DNA of 63,145 nt, counting the filler, from Polymyxa betae A26-41 (lineage: Eukaryota > Protista > Endomyxa: Phytomyxea), in NCBI GenBank assembly GCA_003693705.1. It is 6 parts of 6 records of this genome, joined end to end, with 100 filler letters (N's around TTAATTAATTAA, not from the genome) between each part and the next. Parts side by side here need not be neighbours in the genome. Positions count along the whole stretch, not along the records: positions 30,147 to 52,142 come from RBZT01000481.1; 5 more parts are not named here. The stretch is one strand, 5' to 3'. How positions within the stretch are numbered: position 1 is the first letter of the stretch; each line of letters starts with the position of its first letter. The notes beneath the pieces are model-generated. The model made no database searches, was not told the DNA's origin, and worked only from the letters and a program-made list of their open reading frames with translations. Shown here piece by piece: positions 39,319 through 50,897 of the stretch. The translations under genes were made by a program, and so were the position numbers.

Positions 39319-39654
39319 CATTTTTGTGATTCTTTTCAATGCTGGGATCAGTAAGTCACATTTCGGGACAAAACAAGCGAACAAATCCGTGATCGAATGG
39401 AAAGTTCTCCATAGACTGGACAGCGATTCATTGCCTGACGTTGCGCAAATTAAAACCAATACTGATAGGAACAAATTTTGCTGTATACGATTACATTACA
39501 GTGATGTATGAATGGTAACGTAACAGCGTTGGGGAAGCGTCAAGAGAAAGTGAGAACTATTTCTTGCGCAAAAACTGTCAGAATATTTTGCGCATTTGGC
39601 AGACCTCGGACTTGATCGAATCGTTGTCTCATCAAACTCGTCGTTATTATCAAG

Positions 39655-41794
39655 ATGCTTTCTTCCTGCATCTTTCTCTTGATACTGGTGATATGCGATG
39701 CCACCAATGGCACCATTATGGGGCAACTCATTAATAGGCCGATGGAGCAGCCCGCCGAGGTAAGCTCGTCCGTTCTGTATCAGCAAAAGTCGTCGATTCG
39801 TCATTAATGGGAAATGGATAGTTTTTGAGTGAAAGTGATATCCGACCAGCTCAAGATTCCGATCATCAGCCTCTTTTACTCCGGGATTTCCTGGTTGGCA
39901 TTGAAAGACGAAGTACTTCACCTCCCGCTTTCGATTTGAGTGTAAAACGGGCAGCTTTCTGCGAACATCTCAGGCTAAATATTCGATCTAGGAGCCATTT
40001 GAGACTTTATCAAATTCTACTGTATGAAGTGGTGCAGCTCGCTGCCCATTATGAGACTGAGATTTCTTTGCAATGTGAATCTGTCAATAGGGGGTTCTAT
40101 TCACACATCAACTGTGACACTACCTGAAGAGCAACAATTAACAAACTCATTTCCGCGACCGAATCTGGACTTTCTTCTGAATCATAATGTTGCTGATATT
40201 ACAGACTATGATAGTCTATGCCAGTTTCTGGTAACAACAATTCTATCGGTAGGCTGCTGTATTAAATGGTTTCTCCGAACAAGGAGCCGAATGCCAAAGA
40301 GCTGCAAGCTCTCTCTCAGCAAGCGTCCGGCTGTTTCATTGATTATATCAAGAGAGTCAGGAATCCATTAACAGTGGATCTGAATGGCACAAATATTATC
40401 ATACATGAAATCACGGAGATCGCTCTGTGTGAGACCACATTACACAAGCTCATATTAATAGCCAATCTGTATCGGAAACTCATCTTAATCCGGACGCTTC
40501 GTCGCGATTTCTTGCAAGGCAATCGATCTATGAATGACTGGAGGATTGCTGTCAGTGGTCCAGTATTACGCTGTCTCATACATTGCTGCTCGAAAGATCT
40601 CGAGATGTTCCAGTCCCGTTGGGGGAATCCGTTCTCACATTCTCGATTCAAATTGAGATGCTCCGGAGATAAATGTTGATATAATCTGGGCCAGACTCGC
40701 TTTCTTCCACGAAATTTGAACACTCTGCTTCCTTTAAAACGTAATGTTACATCTGCAGAATCTGATACGAATGTTAATCCCTCGCAAACTGAATCCCAAA
40801 AACGCCGCCGACTGGCCTTCGAAAAAGGCCGAAAACGAAAGTATTATTTGCAGAGGGTACTAAACTTCACAGTGGACGATATCACGGATTACGACAGCCT
40901 CTGCTTCTTTCTGGTAGGTTTCGGATTCGCTCTTCATATTGTTTTTTTAAATTTCTGTAGAACAAACAGCCTGATGCAGAAGAATACGCTTTCCTCACAG
41001 ATCCCCGTTGGTGTATATCTAAAGATGAAGCTGTTCCTGGTCCTAGGAATCCTTTGATTATCAATGTTAACGGTGTCGAGGTGGAATTGACAGAAACCAG
41101 TGAAATTTCTCAATCTACGAGTACTTTGCAGAAGCTCATTCTTATTTGCCGCTTATATAAGAAATTTGTATGGGCTCGCGAGAATGGATGGAAATCTCCC
41201 GGATGTACCTGGGAGGTTCGCTGTGTCCCGATTCTGTGCTGTCTCACTATGTGCTGTCAGAATGATCTGAAAATTTTTCAGTCTCAATGGGGAAGCAAAT
41301 TTCCACATTCCATATTTTTTGCTAAATGTTCCCGCAACATTATTGATGGGTCACTTTGTGGTTTTGAACAGCAGATTGCAGAGACCAGTTACCTCGGTGG
41401 CATTCAATTTGTTCGAGATCTTGATCACGAAGATCTCTATGATTGTTTGCTTCGATATCAAATCAAAGGTTTTCAAACAGTATGATATATCACCGAATGG
41501 TTTCGCTTGATTTTGAATATCTCTCAGAAATCTTTCCTTCTCTGTATTCGAGTCCTGTCAGATCAAGTTCAGCAACAAAAGTTGAAATGTTCCCCCGGTT
41601 TACTCGCTTTTATAACTGATATTGTGAATCCCATATTGAACTGCCTTCAATATCATTGTAATAACGATGTGGAGCTTTTTATCAAGACTTTCGGAGATCA
41701 AATCGACCACGATCAATTCCGATGGAAATATTGTTCTGAATTGTCAGAACAATGTCCAGCTCTATGCCAGAAGACTTATGGATATCAACAGTGA
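39655..41794 (+). CDS. Secreted protein with three tandem Crypton-tail-like domains (in-frame TGA at 40677 after module 1)
   Basis: Signal-peptide exon MLSSCIFLLILVICDA (39655-39759). Modules: PVLRCLIHCCSKDLEMFQSRWG, PILCCLTMCCQNDLKIFQSQWG, PILNCLQYHCNNDVELFIKTFG. NLS-like KRRRLAFEKGRKRK. Exact 5' splicing is unresolved. Confidence 0.75.
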
Positions 41795-42228
41795 ACTGAA
41801 TCATCACAAAGTCTGATAGCATTGTCTCTAGGTATTATTTTTATCGTGATTGAATTGTTGTTATAAAAGCATTTATTGATGGTGTCACCGCACTAGCTGC
41901 TGACTACACCAGCAACATAATTGCCTATCTTCTCTTCCTTATGTCTCGAATAGATACAGAACTAAAGCTTTACGAAGTTCTACGACTCTATCTTTCTCGA
42001 AGGAGTAGGGACCATTTGTTAATGGGATCTGAACGCCTGACGCCATGCTAACCCTTATTGCTGGCTAGTCTAAGGGTGACGTGGCAATGGTAGAAAATCA
42101 AGTTTGTATTGCTAAGGATCAAGATGACAATCAAATAGCCCCATAATAATCTCATCTTAGAGACATGGGCCGCTCCGCCATGTCATTGATGTGGTTGTAG
42201 AGAGTCTATAGAACAGTATCCGTACAAT

Positions 42229-42423
42229 GTAACATTATCGGGCTTCTAAGGAGATGTCGTTCTAAATAGTGTCGTTATAGAGAGGGAAGACTGTAGCATT
42301 ATCGGTCTTCTATGGAGATGTAAAGAGTGTCGTTATAGAGAGCGACTGAGCGAGGACTGTAACATTATCGGGCTTCTATGGAGATGTTTTCATAAAGAGT
42401 GTCGTTAGAGAGCGAGGACTGTA
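42229..42423. repeat. Three tandem ~65-bp units, each ending ...GTCGTTA(TA)GAGAG..GACTGTA (Tc1/pogo-TIR-like)
   Basis: Direct inspection; the reverse strand begins TA|CAGTC..CTCT..AACGACAC. Confidence 0.75.
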
Positions 42424-42682
42424 TTTTGGTTTCCGTCTGTGTACAGCCTAACTGCTTGCCATTGCTGCATGTGGCTCAGGCATTGAACTGCATTTAAAGG
42501 TAACCGAAAGTCACGCAATTTTTTGGTGATTAATCACGTCGGATTAGTCCGAACCCGTCTCCGGGGTCTCTCGAATGTCGTCCAGACGCCATAGTGGAAA
42601 ATCGCTAAAGTGTTCGTGGAGGAAGACAGACAGACACACGGCACGGTAACGTATTCAGCAACGTCAACGTAACGTAGCGGCC

Positions 42683-44013
42683 ATGCTCGCGTTGAACAGC
42701 AAGCTGACGGTGGGGCGATGCCCGCATGGGCATCACCCCGGCTTCATCGATGCCGTCGCCGACATTGTTGGTGTTACATTATTCGTTGCCCAGGGGCAAG
42801 CCACGTTACTGATTTGCTGTTACAGCTCACCAACACACTATCTTTGCTCTCGTCCATTGTGACATCGTCCGTTTTCTATCTGTTGCTCTCATTATACCTT
42901 TTTCTGGAGGTAACGTAATCCTACCAATTTGCTTTAACGGAATCTTGTATTTGATGATTCTTTTCATTTCGACATGGCGAACTTCCAGTCGTACGCTTAA
43001 TAATAGACCGAGTTAACGTTACACATCGACTGAGCTAACGTTACACTTGTAGTCGTCTGTCGGAGTGACGTTATGGGTCCTGATGCCCGACGATTGCCCC
43101 GAGGCCTTCAAGTACCTGGTCGTGGCGATGACGACACGTTTCTGTATCGTAATGGTATGCTGGGTTGCGTTCGCCGCTCTTGATCCTTATATGTGCCGTC
43201 CGTGCAGGCCCATTACGGCGCAGCCCGCTGGGAACGAAGGCTAATGCGTGTATTCGCCGCGCTCATCTTCTGTATTGTCTGCATGGTGGTGTTCGTGTTT
43301 ATGTTTTCGTTACAGGTAGCGTCATCGTTGCGTTACATATTGCGAGACTGATGGGTGCGCTGTAGAAGCAGCTGGATGGGCGGCCCTATCAGGGCTGGTT
43401 CGTCTTGTTCTTCATCGTTACGGTCGCTCTGAACTTGTTCATGCCGCTCTTCGTCGTGGTCATGCTGTGTCTCATCACTGGTATGTAACGTTGAACCGAC
43501 TGAATGCGTAACGTAAACAGCGTTTGCTGATCTTTCACGTTTCTTAGTCGTGACAATGCCGTGTTTCGTGCGCTCATACAAGCGGTATGACAATGATAAT
43601 GGCAACGTAATCGTGCTAACGTTACGTGACTGGTGACAGGCGACAGCGGGCTGCTGCGCTCAGTCGTGAGATTCTGTTACGGCAGCCGACCTCGCTGCCT
43701 CTAGCGAAAATGGAACCGGTACGCAGCTGGACCGACACCGCACTTGGCCTAACGTTTCACTTACGTTACGTAACAGGGCGCCGCCTTTCGCTACGGGACT
43801 TGCCGGGCCTGTATGTCAGACTTCAAATCCAGCGATCTTCTGAAGACGTTCCCGTAAGCTGTTTACGTTACTGGGTTGATTCTCCAGAGATTCTCATTCG
43901 AATTTTGCGATAGATGCGGACATAAGTTCCACTCTGCCTGCGCTTACGAACGTCTGAGTCGGATGGCGACCTGCCCGGTGTGCGGATATGTGGTCCCTTG
44001 TCCGTTGTGCTAG
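42683..44013 (+). CDS. Multi-TM RING-H2 E3 ubiquitin ligase (multi-exon)
   Basis: Hydrophobic exons followed by CRACMSDFKSSDLLKTFP|CGHKFHSACAYERLSRMATCPVC (C3H2C3). Confidence 0.85.
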
Positions 44014-45269
44014 TTGGGACGTAACTTCACGTTACATGACGTTTTGACCGGAGTAACTCTAACGAACTATTCCCTAATAAAATCTCTCGCACATGCTGTT
44101 AAGTCGGCATTCTTGTGCTGCGGTCGTCTTCACATTGTTTACGCTTCTATTACAACCAGCGAAGGAATTGGCGTCTGAAATCAGTTTCAAAACACAATAC
44201 CCTTTTTTTACTCCTCCGAATCTCTCTCAATTCAGCTCGCAGACCGTGAATTCGTGCGATTTGAAAATATCGTCGAAGAATGGCTCTGGAAATGACGTTG
44301 TAAAATCATGATAGCCTTCCGACTTCATTGTCTAACAATGGCTTGAGAAGGTCGGCTGGAACTTCATCATTTAACCCGGACTGGAACGGGTCCTGAGCTG
44401 CCTTTAAGATCTCCGAGCAAATCTCAAGCAAGTATTCTAATTCATGAAAGTCAACGATCGATTCATAAAACAGAACGGCCCAGCTCGAAATCAGACCGTG
44501 CACGGAAGGAATGCCTTCAATCACCGCCAATCAAAGCACCCCGGTGTTTGGAATACAGACAGCGATAAGCCGTCCCATCGTCGAATTAGGTTGCGACGAA
44601 CGATTCGGGACCGGATTGCAGTTCGGATGCCGAGATAAGTTCCTCGACCACCAAGACGGTCGCTGCAGTGCGAGCTGCCATTCGGTGCACACCGGGCTGT
44701 CCATAATGTCGCATATTGAACAACTTCAGAATGGTGTTCAATAGCCCTTGGCTTTATAAACTGCTGTAGTAGCGAAGAGATTTTCTCGCATATCCTTCCA
44801 ATTAGAGAACATTCACCAACATGATGCCTGGTGTGTGCTTCATTTTTCCAATATGTGTTGCATGCATTTAATGACCATTACCTAGAGTGGAATCCGTAGA
44901 GTATTCAGCGCTTTCAAAGCGTCAAAATTCCGGTTTTTTCCCGTTATATCGATCGTCGATTCTTACGACCTACAGGAAGCATTTGTGAGCGGCTTCTTAA
45001 CATCTCGAAACTTGCACTGCCCAGTATTCGCAAGCTATTGCTCCCTGAACATTTGCAAGTGCAACTCTTCGTGAGATTCAACTTGAATGTGGAAATCTTT
45101 CAATCGGACTTGTGATAAACTGGAATACTTTTCACAAGGGAAATTGAATGTTTTATTTACGTTTTTTTTTGGTCCCGGAAGAAATAATTCTTACTGAGGA
45201 ATATGAATAATTCCCGACTAACAAGGGCTTATTTATTCGGAATCCCTGTTTTCTAGCAATGCTGTCACC

Positions 45270-46215
45270 ACTGTTAATGGCTCTTTTGCTCTTTGATAAT
45301 AATCCACTATACAGCGGGACGATTGCTGAGAGAGAGCTTGCAGCTCTTTGGCATTCGGCTCTTTGTTCTGAGAGACCATTTATTACCGCTACCTATGAAA
45401 AAAAGGAGTTGTTTTACCAGAAACTGACATAGACTTTCATAGTCCGTAATATCAGCAACATTATGATTCAGATTCTCGTCCAAATAAGAAAAGAGTCGTG
45501 GTCCGTTAATTCCACTTCGCCTTCTTTTCACACGAGTTCTTGCTTTGTGAGAAGCTCCCTGAATAAACACAATTAATAAGATCTCAAAAGTGATTAGTAA
45601 TGGATGACATTATCTATTTCACAATCCTGAAGCGGTGACGAATTTGTTAGAACTGATCGCGAAACAAATTCTTTCAATTGCTGATTTTCAGATAGTGTTG
45701 CTGTCAGAAATGGCTTGTCATAATCCAATGATGTTGGATGTCCATTGCAGAAATCCTACATAAAAAGTTCAGTTTTGAAATGGTCTGCCAATTAAAACTC
45801 ATCATACCAGAGAATTTGATAATGTATCATGAAACTCCTATATAGAATATTTAGCCTGAAATATCAGCAAAACACAGCCTGTCTTACACTCAAACCTAAA
45901 GCATTTGTTGAACAGGTTCCGCTTTCAACCCCAACATTCATCTCCACGCGATTGCTGACTTCATTGTAATCAATAATAGGTTGATTTGGCTTTGGTAAAA
46001 GAATATAAGAATCTTGAACTGGTCGGATATCAATGTTAATCAGCAGCTATACATTTACACTAATTAATCTGCTACTTGCGATAAATACAGACGGACGAGC
46101 CTACCTCGGACTCCTGGTCAACCGGACTGTTGATGAATTGCCCCATAAGGGTCTCAGCAGCGTTGGCGGCGTCGCATGTCACCAGTATCACGATGAAGAT
46201 GCAGGAGGAAAACAT
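45270..46215 (-). pseudogene. Inverted, 3'-truncated paralog of the 39655 gene
   Basis: Signal peptide MFSSCIFIVILVTCDA, same first intron, RTRVKRRRSG, and LNHNVADITDYESLCQFL|NKEPNAKELQALSQQ; similarity ends at about 45270. Confidence 0.8.
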
Positions 46216-46311
46216 ATAGTCAAATAGCGAATAGCGAGATGTGAAGAATGCCTGCGAAGCATCGACAGAGTCCGTGGGCTGCGCTGTGAAAAATATTATT
46301 ATGACAGTTCT

Positions 46312-46600
46312 GGGCTTCCAAGGATCTTTTATCGCAGCGTTTTTTTTGAATTTCTTTAGTTTGCATAACGATAGTGAAAACGTTTCCTATATTGCTGTCG
46401 CAACTAACAAGACAGACGATTTAAGAAACAATTTCAAATTCCGGGGCTAGATTTGGCTTCCAAGGATCTTTATCGCAGCGTTTCTTTGAAAGTTCTTTAC
46501 TGTCCATAATGATCGTGAATAGCGTTTCCTATATTGCTGTTACAGTAATTAAGATTGACGATTGTTGAAAACTCTTTCAAACTCCGGGAAAAGATTTGGC
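46312..46600. repeat. Two diverged tandem copies of a ~143-bp unit upstream of the 46215 ATG
   Basis: GGCTTCCAAGGATCTTT..CGTTTCCTATATTGCTGT..TTTCAAA.TCCGGG..AGATTTGGC repeated. Confidence 0.85.
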
Positions 46601-46669
46601 GAAAATTGATCCTCGAAAAGATCTGACAGCTGTGATACAATCCGTAGTCAGTGCCATTCCTGTGAGTGA

Positions 46670-48480
46670 CATCAGGCGCTAGATTGATATGGATCAGGAT
46701 TGCGTCTTCTTCGATTCTTACGCTTGGATGTTGGATGTTTGATTCTGGGAAAATTTATTCGTAATGATGGCGCTATTTCTTTCAACTGGAGCCCATTTCT
46801 GCAAACGATCGCACTTTGAGCTAGTATTCGTTCGCGCACTCGCGAAAACCTTGGATTTGGCGACAGGTACACGTTCAAAAATGCAAAAAATATCGATGTT
46901 TCTTTTCTTAGCGATCTGCGTTAATTCGCCTGCTTTTTCTTGGTTTGTGCATTCCATTATGATATCGATATTGTGGACTTTTTATTTTGTGTGATTATCG
47001 ACTTCCTGTTTAAAATTAGATCGGAACGGAAGATTCCAGAAAACGATAGCAAATTTGCCGCTGACTGAGCGGCGGCGATCTGGCGTGAGACATGGGTTTC
47101 GCCGTCGTACTGGCCCGAAGTGAAAGGGACTGCTAAGTAGGTCGACTGATGCTGTAGTAGGGATCGCCTGTCCATGTAACGTTAACACTTGTCGAGTGAT
47201 ACGACGATGGCGGGTTTGTCATGTTGGGCTGCTGCGTATTTGAGGCTTTTAAATGGTACTGAATGAGCCTTATCAGTGGTCGCGATCGAAAGAAGTGGTG
47301 GTTGTTCTGGTTTCTACCTGGGGTGAAACATTGCAGGGTTATGTTACCTAATGTTGATATTCGCAACTGCGTGGTCAGGTTGTATTGTTTCAGGAAGTTT
47401 GGCGTGCGTGGCGTATTCTTGTAGTGTCCTAATGGCGTTTGCCAGGCAAGTGGGAGTTAGATCGCCCTTGATTACTGAGTATTTGACGTAAACAGAAATG
47501 AAAAGAAATCGGGAATTTTACTAAGAAGCGTATTCCGAGATGTAATGTAAAGATTACTAAAAGAGAAGTGGTCGAGGTGAGCGTATAAGACGCCCAGAGC
47601 GTGTAGTGGTAGATCTGGAGGCGACGGAAGATGCCTGTTGACTCACAGCTGGGTCTTTTTCAGGAGTCGAAGATGAGTTAATATCTGCTGGAGTCATTGT
47701 TTGAGGCACGACAGTATTGCAGAGTGGTAACTGTTTCCGTTTCGGTCGATCTTTACCAGGGCTTTGAAATCCAGCAATGAACTGAGTGGAACGTACAGCA
47801 TTGCGCACTTTGTGGGTGTCCGTTTGCGAGGTTGTTGTTTTTTCTGTATTGCAGGAGCGTTTCTGCTACCAGTTGAGCTTTGTCCTTGTGATGTGATAGT
47901 TGGTGATACCAAGTGGTGGGTCTGATCCGTTCGGCGTCTTTCCCTGCAGCTTTCGTCAACATCCATATACTTGGAATCGTTATCGATGGAGTTCCTGGGT
48001 GCTGCACTCATATTGTCTGATATTGATAGTTGTTGTTGCTCTGCAATAGTCATTAGCACTGTGGCTGGGTATGGTGGGGCCGACGGGTGTCCTATCAGGT
48101 TCCTCTGCTTGCATATATCGTGTTGCCTTAATAGACGTTGGCTGCACCGCTGCCAGTCATGTGAGGAGTCGTGCAGTGTTGTTGAGTTCGACCGTGGCTG
48201 AGCCAGTCTGAACTGGTTTTCGAACGCCCTGAATATTGCAGCAAATCGTTTTCTCAGTTTTACAGGTTGGTTATATTTGTGATTGCTATTTAACTTGTGT
48301 CTATTTTGTGAGAAAGTTCTGCCTTTGAGAGCTTGAATCGCTCCATTACTGCATATTGCTGCTGACCTAGTCTCCATTCTGAGTATGGCGTCTCGTATGG
48401 GAAGTTTCCTATGAAGTTGGCATCCATGGATGACGAAATAGAGTGTGTTGTAACTGAAAAAATGTACTTGAAATTGCCCG
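46670..48480 (-). mobile_element. 5' part of a decayed LINE (ORF1-like region plus APE endonuclease N-terminus)
   Basis: *WNAQ/KAGELTQIAKKRNIDIFCIFE..AILI matches the APE start (WN..GL..K..EL....DI..I.E); upstream basic S/T-rich ORF remnants. Confidence 0.6.
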
Positions 48481-48492
48481 ATCAAAGATCGG

Positions 48493-49254
48493 TGTAATGC
48501 TTTATCGGTGTCATGCCCCGACGTTCGCGTACCCGATCTGGTCGTCATTAAGGCGTACCTGCTTGATCTCCTATCTTTATCATATATATTATATTTTCGA
48601 TCGATATTGTGTACCTTTTAAGATCATTCTTTTGTCATTATTATTCATCCTTCCTTTTGAACAATACACGGCCTAGTTCCGCTCTGTATTCGTCTCATAT
48701 TCTCGTAGTCATTCTGTGGCATTACAATCGGGTCTAGTTGATATGGATTGTAAATATCGGATCGGACGATCTTAGATCGCTTAAGGATTGATTCCATAGA
48801 TTGGGACTCCTTTCGGAGATCCCGGACTAATGGAATGAAGGTAACCAGCACGGAGGTCGATCCGGCCGGCCCAGCGTGAAGCCGTCATAGTCGAAGATCG
48901 GGTCTGGCCCAGATCCCACGACCGGCTGTCATCGCGGGGACTCCCTGAGCCCGCTCGGCCGGTGCCTGAGCTGCTGGTAGGGAGAGTACATGCTTACTTT
49001 TGAGGCATCCCCGGCCCGTCCGCCGCGTCTCCAACTGCCTCCTAGCCTCGCTCCTGGATCCACCAGGGAAGGCGTCAAGACAACCCTCCCTTTGATCCAA
49101 CGACACGCGCCCAGTTACAGAAGTGGTGCTGTGTACCTTTAAAGATCATCCTTTTTTCATTATTATTCATCTCTCATTTTGAACAATACACGGCCTAGTT
49201 CCGCTCTGTATTCGTCTCATGCCCTACCGGTAGTAGTCATTCTCTGGCATTACA
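48493..49254. mobile_element. Longer LTR-like element of the same family, interrupted by the 218-bp solo LTR
   Basis: Perfect 8-bp inverted termini TGTAATGC/GCATTACA; 49130-49254 matches the 3' half of the 218-bp LTR; no TSD seen. Confidence 0.65.
48509..48726. mobile_element. Solo LTR, 218 bp
   Basis: TG...CA termini, 5-bp TSD ATCGG, copy of 39101-39318. Confidence 0.92.
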
Positions 49255-50897
49255 CACAGGCCAGCTCTGTTAATGCAGTCAGACTCGGTTGGGAGAATGC
49301 GCGCCTCTAAACCATTCTCGATGACTTCTAAAGTTAGGGACGTCAAGCCCCCAACGAGACATCCTAAAGAAGCCCACGCACCATCAAGGTGAAATTTCTT
49401 ATGGGGAACTTCTGCAGTTTAGAACTTAGTGTGACTATCTCACATGTATTACACATTTGGGAATCAAAGGGGTCCAATGACCACGATAAAGATAATTAAA
49501 ACGGTTTTTGGCGGTATTTAAACACTGCAAACCTCACTTGAGTTGAAAATATGACGATATGTGACTTCAGAGTGTGTTTCAGTGAAAAAAAAATAGGTTA
49601 CAGTTAGGGGTGAAGCGTATCTGGCACGTCCAGTACGCCCACGGATGACTCCTTCCAAGGTGATGGTGAGCCGTATCAAAAAGTCACTCTTGATGGCAAT
49701 ATCTGGGCACCATCCCAAACAACATCTTTAAAAAATTAAGGATACGATTTTACAATGCGGTAATCGACGTGCGACTCCGAATCTGTCGTAACTTGGGCAA
49801 AACGCCTATCTGCCCCTGCCAAGTACGTTACAGGGGACAATCACTATCATTGTGAAACATGGCCTCGATTCAAATGCAAGGAAGGTCATATCATAAAAAA
49901 CAACTTTCCGTTTACCTTTAGAATCCCACCAGTTGCAGGAGATTCGGATTTTGTCCATATCCTTCTATCATTTTGTTATTGATGGTATATATCGACAGCC
50001 GAATTTTTGATTGCGCTTTTTGGGATGCGCTTGAATTTTCAGCAAGCCACTCGATCACTTCATTTTCTTCCAAATCGTGAACCTCTTCCGCTTTCGCCGT
50101 AATCTACAGTCATTGCTGGTTAGTGGCGTCATTTCAAGAACGATATCGAGAGCGCAAAACGTCCATGCGTAAATTCTCCCTTTTCACGCACAGAACAATT
50201 AGGTCCTCCTTAGTCTCAGGTGCGTAAAGCGAATATTAATCAGGCACAACCTCACTTTAGTCACACCACCTGTCAGGATATAGACGGCGTTGCCCGTTTC
50301 CAACGGCCTCTAAGAGCACTCGTAGAGGGACTAGAGACACCAGCCAACGTGGGAAAGGTAGTCACTTTACCAACCCTTACTGGAAGTAGCACCTTTGACA
50401 CCGCTTTGGGATGATCGTATCCAAAACCCCGTCACGCTGTACACAACATACGAGAGAGGCGTATCTGCCGGGACAATCTGTCATTTTGATGGTATTCTGG
50501 TTACACGGATCGGAATAGAAAACAAGTCAATACACTGAGATACGATACCTGGAGATAATATTAATACAGAGATCGCACTCGAGCAATCCAGAGTCTTGGC
50601 CTTGTACAGAACTTACGCTTTAGAGAGCGAATATGCGAAAAGGAGGCCCAAGCGTATCTGAGTTTTTGGAAATGAACAGCATGGTGATCTCTCCTCAACT
50701 GCCATTTGATACGACTGGTTATGCGATAGAATGGTCAGGCAGTCTACACATCTCGCACTGAAAAATTTCCAAACCTTCATCAGATGAAACAAACAATATT
50801 CTTTGCCTTGAAGAAATGCAAACGAAACAGTACAAATTGCAAACGATGTCCGATAATACAATTGTTGGCCATTTTAATCAATTCAACATTAAGTAGG

